From assembly GCA_022560555.1 (NCBI GenBank), contig JADFSZ010000033.1, positions 1-12,422 of the forward strand: 12,422 nucleotides of DNA, written 5' to 3'. The position numbers and the translations under genes were made by a program. Origin of the DNA: PVC group bacterium. GTDB taxonomy: Bacteria; GCA-001730085; JADFSZ01. Within the stretch, counting starts at the first letter, position 1. Each line of letters starts with the position of its first letter. This document shows, in pieces, positions 8,084-12,422 of the stretch. A model generated the notes under the pieces. It was not told the origin of the DNA and made no database searches. It saw nothing but the letters and a program-made list of their open reading frames with translations.

Positions 8084-11000
8084 TTAGGATGATATCTGTC
8101 CGGATCTGGTCATTCGTAATTTACTCATGGCGCTTTCCGTTAAAAGAAAAAGACATGGAATCACTCCCAATGTCAAACACGTGGAAACAAACAATCCGCC
8201 GAATGTCGTGACCGCCATGGGTTGAAGGATTTCGCCTCTCCCGCCGATTCCGAGGGCTAAAGGCAGCACACCCAGAAGGGTGGTGAGCATGGTCATGATA
8301 ATGGGCCGAAAGCGGGACCTGCAGGCATCGATCACGACTGAGGTAATATCGTTGCCCTTATCACGATTGGCGTTAATACACTCTATGAGGACGATACCAT
8401 TATTGACAACAATTCCGGCTAAAAGCACAAGGCCGATCATGGAGATGGCGTTGAGGGATACCCCGGAAAAAAACAATGCCAGAAATACTCCTATAATGGC
8501 TAACGGAACCGTAAGCATGATAATAAACGGCTGCCAGAGACTCTCAAATTGCGCGGCCATAATCATATACACAAACAGAATCGACAAGATGAGGATCATT
8601 TTAAGACTGTCAAAGGATTGCTTCATTTGCTCGTTCTCACCGGTTAATGCGACGGAATAATTTTCTTTCAGCACCAATGTGCTGAGGAATGTTTCAATGT
8701 CACTCGCAATTTCATTGAAAGGCCTTTTAAATATACTAGCCGTTACGGTAATCATCCGTTGCTGTTCGTCACGTACGATCTCGCTCGGACCTTTCCCTTT
8801 CACCATGGTTGCTAATTCCCTTAGGGGAATGCCTTTCACACGGATGTTGCCGAGCTTTTCCAAACTATCAACATCCTCCCTGCGACAGCGCACAAGAATA
8901 TCAATCTCTTTGCCTTCATCCTTAAATTTCGTCGCGACAAATCCTTTAATGGCAATTTGTGCAACCTGGGCAATATCCTTAATTGAAATGTCATAGAGTG
9001 ACGCCCGGTCTTTATTAATAATAATTTTTGTCTCCGGCGATTTTTCCGCGATACTGTCTTTAATTCCAAAAACTCCATTGATGGTTTTTAAGTTCGCCTT
9101 AATTTCGTACGCAATATCTCCCATCTCATCATAATCTTTCCCCTTGATTTCGATAATAATAGGAGAGCTTTCTTCCCCCCCGGTCGCAAAGATGCTTTCT
9201 TGTGCGATATATTCAATTTTAGCCAGTCCGACATCCATTTGATTCACTTTTTCACGAACACCCTGAATAACCTCATTTGTTGACACACCCCGGATATCTT
9301 TAAGCATGACAATGAGCTTTCCTTCGTTACTCCCCAGGGCTTTTGTTGCTTCTCCGAGGCTCATATCCTGATTCGAACCAACAATACTTCCTACGCTTAA
9401 AACCTCCGGAGTGGAAAAAATCACATCCTCGATTTGAGTGACAACCCGGTTCGTAACATTAAGGGTTGTCCCCTTAGGAAGCGTGACCATAATGTCAAAT
9501 TTCCCTTGGTCCATTTTCGGTAAGGCCTCTTTTTTTAGGAGGGGGAACATGGCCAGGCTTCCGGCAAAAATGGCTATAACAAACAACAAAAAAATGATTT
9601 TATGGTTGAGTATTTTTTTTAGGTAGTGCACATATCTTTCCTGCATATATTCCACAATCCTTCTGGCGCTTGCGGCAAAAATATTTTCTTTTTCCGGAGC
9701 CTTCGTTTCGTTTTGAGCTAATCTCGGGATAAGAGACAAGCCGATAATAAGTGAAGCTATTTGCGAAAAGGTTACGGTAAACGCGACTTCCTTGAACACC
9801 TGCCCCACAAGGCCCACGACATAAATGAGGGGTAAAAATACTGCGATGGTAGTGTATGTGGATGCCGAAACGGCGCCGCTGACTTCTTCCGTTCCCTCGA
9901 TACACGCGTCAATCGGGGACTTGTTCAATTCCTGCTGATGGCGCGTGATGTTTTCAATAATGACAATCGCGTTATCCACAAGCATCCCGATCCCCAGAAC
10001 CAATCCGCCCAAACTCATCATGTTGATTGTGAGTCCCGAGAAATACATGATGGACATCACAGCCATAATGGAAACGGGAATCGTCACGGCAACATACAAA
10101 GAGCTTCTAATCCGGCGGATAAAAAACAGCAAAACAAAAAAGGCCAACACCCCCCCGGTCAATCCGTTTTTAACCACATCGCGGATGGATTTTCGGATGT
10201 AAACAGACTGATCCTCCACAATCTCCATAAAAACACCTTCAGGAAGATTCTCTTTGATTTCAACAAGCGTTTCTTTAATACGATCAGACGTAAAGATGGT
10301 ATTGCCGGATGCTTGTTTTTGAATGGAAAGGGATATATTCGATTTGGAGTTGTTTTTTCCTGTCGTATCCGTTAAACCAAATCTCGAATGGCTTGTTTTC
10401 TCTTTAAACGTATCAATCACATGTGCCACGTGCTTTAAATAGATCAGGCGTTTTTCCCCCACACGTCCTGTTCTTTCGGAAACGTCGTCCGTGCCCACAA
10501 TAACTTCCGAAATTTCCTCGACACTTTGAAACTCTCCCATCGTGCGGATCAAATATTCATAAAATTCATCCTCCGTTTCTCCGGCCGGATAATTCAGGTT
10601 TGAATTGATAATCGCATTGATCACGTTATCCAGAGATAAGCCGGCCATGGTCAGCTTTAACTGATCAACCTCTACGATGATTTGCCGGTCCAGGCCTCCG
10701 CTGATGGACACAGCCGCAACACCCTCGACTTTTTCCAGCTTGTCCCGGATGAGAGTTTTAACGATGGACAAGAGATCAGATTCGTTATAGTTCCCGGTGA
10801 CACTCATAACCATAAGCGGTTTCGAAAAAGGGTTGAATTTAATCACCGTAGGCTCAAGCGCTTCCCGTGGCAGCCCTCCTTTGACAAGGTCAATTTTTTC
10901 GCGCATATTCAGAGACGCAAAATTCATGTCCGAGCTCCACTCAAAATCCGCCACCACCATAGAAACACCTTCATGCGAATAAGATCGTATCCCTTTGATG

Positions 11001-11227
11001 CCTCTGACGGTCCCAACGGCTTCTTCGATTTTTTTAGTTATCAGGCTCTCAACTTCTTCGGGGGCGGCATTAGGGTAGGGAGTCACCACGGTCAATTGAG
11101 GATAGACGATAGGAGGAAAGAGTTCATTGGGCAGTTTAGTAAGGGAAATGAATCCCAGTAAAACAACACCCAGATAAACCATGATGGTTGCCACACGCCT
11201 ATGAACGGCTATACGAACAAAACCCAT
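8084..11227 (-). CDS. RND efflux transporter permease, AcrB/HAE1-like, first of a tandem pair, 1047 aa
   Basis: The N-terminus HRRVATIMVYLGVVLLGFISLTKLPNELFP is typical of the family. TM4 reads GLVLGIGMLVDNAIVIIENI. TM10-11 reads GIVVNNGIVLIECI...RFRPIIMTMLTTLLGVLPLALG. The length is typical, and the gene lies directly downstream of an adaptor gene. Confidence 0.93.
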   Translation of the reverse strand: MGFVRIAVHRRVATIMVYLGVVLLGFISLTKLPNELFPPIVYPQLTVVTPYPNAAPEEVESLITKKIEEAVGTVRGIKGIRSYSHEGVSMVVADFEWSSDMNFASLNMREKIDLVKGGLPREALEPTVIKFNPFSKPLMVMSVTGNYNESDLLSIVKTLIRDKLEKVEGVAAVSISGGLDRQIIVEVDQLKLTMAGLSLDNVINAIINSNLNYPAGETEDEFYEYLIRTMGEFQSVEEISEVIVGTDDVSERTGRVGEKRLIYLKHVAHVIDTFKEKTSHSRFGLTDTTGKNNSKSNISLSIQKQASGNTIFTSDRIKETLVEIKENLPEGVFMEIVEDQSVYIRKSIRDVVKNGLTGGVLAFFVLLFFIRRIRSSLYVAVTIPVSIMAVMSIMYFSGLTINMMSLGGLVLGIGMLVDNAIVIIENITRHQQELNKSPIDACIEGTEEVSGAVSASTYTTIAVFLPLIYVVGLVGQVFKEVAFTVTFSQIASLIIGLSLIPRLAQNETKAPEKENIFAASARRIVEYMQERYVHYLKKILNHKIIFLLFVIAIFAGSLAMFPLLKKEALPKMDQGKFDIMVTLPKGTTLNVTNRVVTQIEDVIFSTPEVLSVGSIVGSNQDMSLGEATKALGSNEGKLIVMLKDIRGVSTNEVIQGVREKVNQMDVGLAKIEYIAQESIFATGGEESSPIIIEIKGKDYDEMGDIAYEIKANLKTINGVFGIKDSIAEKSPETKIIINKDRASLYDISIKDIAQVAQIAIKGFVATKFKDEGKEIDILVRCRREDVDSLEKLGNIRVKGIPLRELATMVKGKGPSEIVRDEQQRMITVTASIFKRPFNEIASDIETFLSTLVLKENYSVALTGENEQMKQSFDSLKMILILSILFVYMIMAAQFESLWQPFIIMLTVPLAIIGVFLALFFSGVSLNAISMIGLVLLAGIVVNNGIVLIECINANRDKGNDITSVVIDACRSRFRPIIMTMLTTLLGVLPLALGIGGRGEILQPMAVTTFGGLFVSTCLTLGVIPCLFLLTESAMSKLRMTRSGQISS

Positions 11228-11259
11228 GATTTCTCATCCTTAGAGGAATGACCAAAAGA

Positions 11260-12422
11260 TCAATAGCTTTTTGATGCGGCTTTCATTAAATCCACATCTT
11301 CTAAAATGGGTTCAATAATTTTCGCCGGAGCGCCGTCCTTAACATCATCGGGAGACGGTTCATAAACCACAACAAGATCTCCCGGCTCGAGCCCGCTTTC
11401 AATTTCGGCATATGTGGATGCGGGCGGAGGAGAAATATAGCTGACCTTCACTTCACGGGCACGAATCACGTTATTCTCATCTACAATATAAACCGAGTCA
11501 AAGTTTCCGTCCTCATCAAGATCTTTGAGCGATGCTCCCGGTACGACAATCGCGTCATCTTTTTCATGAATAAAAACTTTGGCCCGCGCGAACATTCCGG
11601 CGACTAAAATCCTATCGGGGTTTTCCACGCGCGTCCTCATCGTAATCGTGCGGCTTGTTCCCTCGACAATGGGAGAAATGCGATTCACAATGCTTTCGAA
11701 TGGTTTTCCCGGAAAAGCGTCAAAAGTCAATTCGATGCGCTGTCCTAACTGGACGCGCTTGATATCCTGTTCGATGATGGATAGATCGACCCACATAAAA
11801 TCCGTGTTCAGAAGCACTCCTATTTCGTCTTCGGCAAGATTTCCTTCATCAACAGTCATTTTTGCCACAACCCCGTTGCTCGCGGCAACAATATCCGTCT
11901 TTTCAAGTTCGACTTTGGCGGATTCCAGTTCCAGCTCACTCTTACGAAGGGCCGAACGGTTGATCGCGCCGGCTTCGAACAATTTAAGATTTTTCTGATA
12001 TTCCAAATCATTGTACTGGTATTTAAGATTGGCTTCTTTTTTGTTAAGCGAAGCGATAATGTCCCCTTTTTTAACAGATTGCCCTTCGTGAAAATATATT
12101 TTTTCAATAATACCGGTCACGCGAAATTTTAGACCGATTTCAGAATGTCCTCTAGCCGTCCCAATCATACTGATACTGTCTTTGAAATCCATTTTATACG
12201 CTTTGAGCACTTTAACTTTGACAACCTGATCTTGGCCATCATCCCGAGAAAGATCTTCTGTTGAATCCGGAGTCATATCCTCGGGCCGGGAAAGCTCTGT
12301 TTCATCGATAGGAACATCTCTCGTATCACCAGGTCGAAACAGAGCGTTGTTAACAAAATAGATGAGAAGTGTTCCCATCAGGAGAATACCCAGTATAACG
12401 ATTCTTTTATTTTTTTTTATCC
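11260..12422 (-). CDS. RND efflux periplasmic adaptor (membrane fusion protein, HlyD/AcrA family); 5' end lies outside the window
   Basis: The lipoyl-domain halves are VTGIIEKIYFHEGQSVKKGDIIASL and IVAASNGVVAKMTVDEGN, flanking a coiled-coil hairpin. The beta-barrel block is QRIELTFDAFPGKPFESIVNRISPIVEGTSRTITMRTRVENPDRILVAGMFARAKVF. The membrane-proximal domain is AIVVPGASL...VYIVDENNVIRAREVKV. The reading frame stays open upstream of the track's ATG (12378) to the window edge, encoding ...IKKNKRIVILGILL before MGTLLIYFV. That sequence completes a Lys/Arg-flanked TM helix, so the true start is beyond 12422. Confidence 0.88.
   Translation of the reverse strand, partial: IKKNKRIVILGILLMGTLLIYFVNNALFRPGDTRDVPIDETELSRPEDMTPDSTEDLSRDDGQDQVVKVKVLKAYKMDFKDSISMIGTARGHSEIGLKFRVTGIIEKIYFHEGQSVKKGDIIASLNKKEANLKYQYNDLEYQKNLKLFEAGAINRSALRKSELELESAKVELEKTDIVAASNGVVAKMTVDEGNLAEDEIGVLLNTDFMWVDLSIIEQDIKRVQLGQRIELTFDAFPGKPFESIVNRISPIVEGTSRTITMRTRVENPDRILVAGMFARAKVFIHEKDDAIVVPGASLKDLDEDGNFDSVYIVDENNVIRAREVKVSYISPPPASTYAEIESGLEPGDLVVVYEPSPDDVKDGAPAKIIEPILEDVDLMKAASKSY

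Noticed and set aside
5139-8407. The identical 12-mer ACCATTATTGAC occurs at 5139-5150 and 8396-8407, with other short similarities between the two RND genes, raising the possibility of a DNA repeat.
   Set aside because: The matches fall at homologous codons (the VNNG(I/V) motif of TM10) of paralogous genes. The surrounding nucleotide sequence has diverged. This is conserved coding sequence, not a repeat element or a recent duplication.
9938-10375. A plus-strand 145-aa ORF with a His-rich stretch (HHVDCESREIHDGHHSHNGNGNRHGN) resembles a metal-binding peptide.
   Set aside because: It lies entirely antisense to the conserved TM1-TM4 region of the RND permease. The His codons (CAT/CAC) are the complement of ATG/GTG (Met/Val) codons, which are abundant in TM helices. 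There is no RBS or homology signal, so this is a shadow ORF.
322-12107. All other plus-strand ORFs in the track (for example 322-525, 1452-1841, 1706-2167, 3873-4097, 4100-4495, 5922-6218, 7366-7674, 8280-8660, 10682-11161, 11579-11998), plus out-of-frame minus-strand ORFs nested in genes (1618-1818, 2285-2467, 5663-5899, 8836-9078, 9600-9905, 11856-12107).
   Set aside because: Each is fully contained within a long, motif-rich minus-strand gene. Their translations are low-complexity or Arg/Ser/Leu/Phe-rich, as expected for off-frame or antisense reads, and none shows a recognisable motif. They are most simply explained as chance ORFs.
12410-12418. A T9 homopolymer (A9 on the coding strand) near the 5' end of the adaptor gene could act as a slipped-strand phase-variation switch.
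   Set aside because: It simply encodes the Lys-rich (KKNK) positive-inside cluster of the membrane anchor in an AT-rich genome. There is no evidence of length variation from a single sequence, and the tract sits at the window edge. I do not support it beyond noting it.
1-12422. Mobile elements, CRISPR arrays, tRNA or rRNA genes, defence-system genes, and alternative genetic code.
   Set aside because: No transposase, integrase or nuclease-like ORFs, no spaced direct repeats and no inverted terminal repeats were seen. There is no non-coding segment long enough for an RNA gene. TGA and TAA both terminate proteins at their conserved C-termini, which is consistent with the standard code.

Overview
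The window is 12.4 kb of densely packed bacterial DNA. All eight supported genes lie on the minus strand. Gaps between them are 4-73 nt and one junction is a 4-nt ATGA overlap, leaving about 159 nt non-coding. In transcription order (high to low coordinates) the genes are: an RND-efflux periplasmic adaptor whose 5' end runs off the window; two tandem paralogous AcrB-like RND permeases (1047 and 1090 aa); a 73-nt gap holding the only plausible promoter and a strong Shine-Dalgarno site; an S41 C-terminal processing protease (Ctp); TsaD (tRNA t6A synthesis); LarB and LarC (biosynthesis of the nickel-pincer nucleotide cofactor); and a partial ORF absent from the supplied track, encoding a T2SSE_N/MshEN-type N-terminal domain typical of GspE/PilB ATPases. 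TGA and TAA both act as stops at conserved protein ends, so the standard bacterial code applies. I saw no rRNA, tRNA, CRISPR array, transposase or integrase, long repeat or convincing terminator. There is no non-coding space large enough to hide an RNA gene. I do not see convincing evidence of a previously undescribed system here; this reads as an ordinary housekeeping-plus-efflux region from a moderately AT-rich, probably diderm, bacterium that I cannot identify. The points most worth a second look are: (1) the MdtABC-like adaptor-RND-RND arrangement, where both permeases carry Asn at the positions aligning with AcrB proton-relay residues D408 and K940; (2) a basic insertion of about 44 aa in the central cytoplasmic loop of the second permease; (3) a Ser/Glu/Asp-rich low-complexity segment of about 74 aa in Ctp; (4) larB-larC without larA or larE nearby, with larC translationally coupled to the secretion-ATPase-like gene. 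All family assignments come from reading motifs in the translations by eye, not from database searches.
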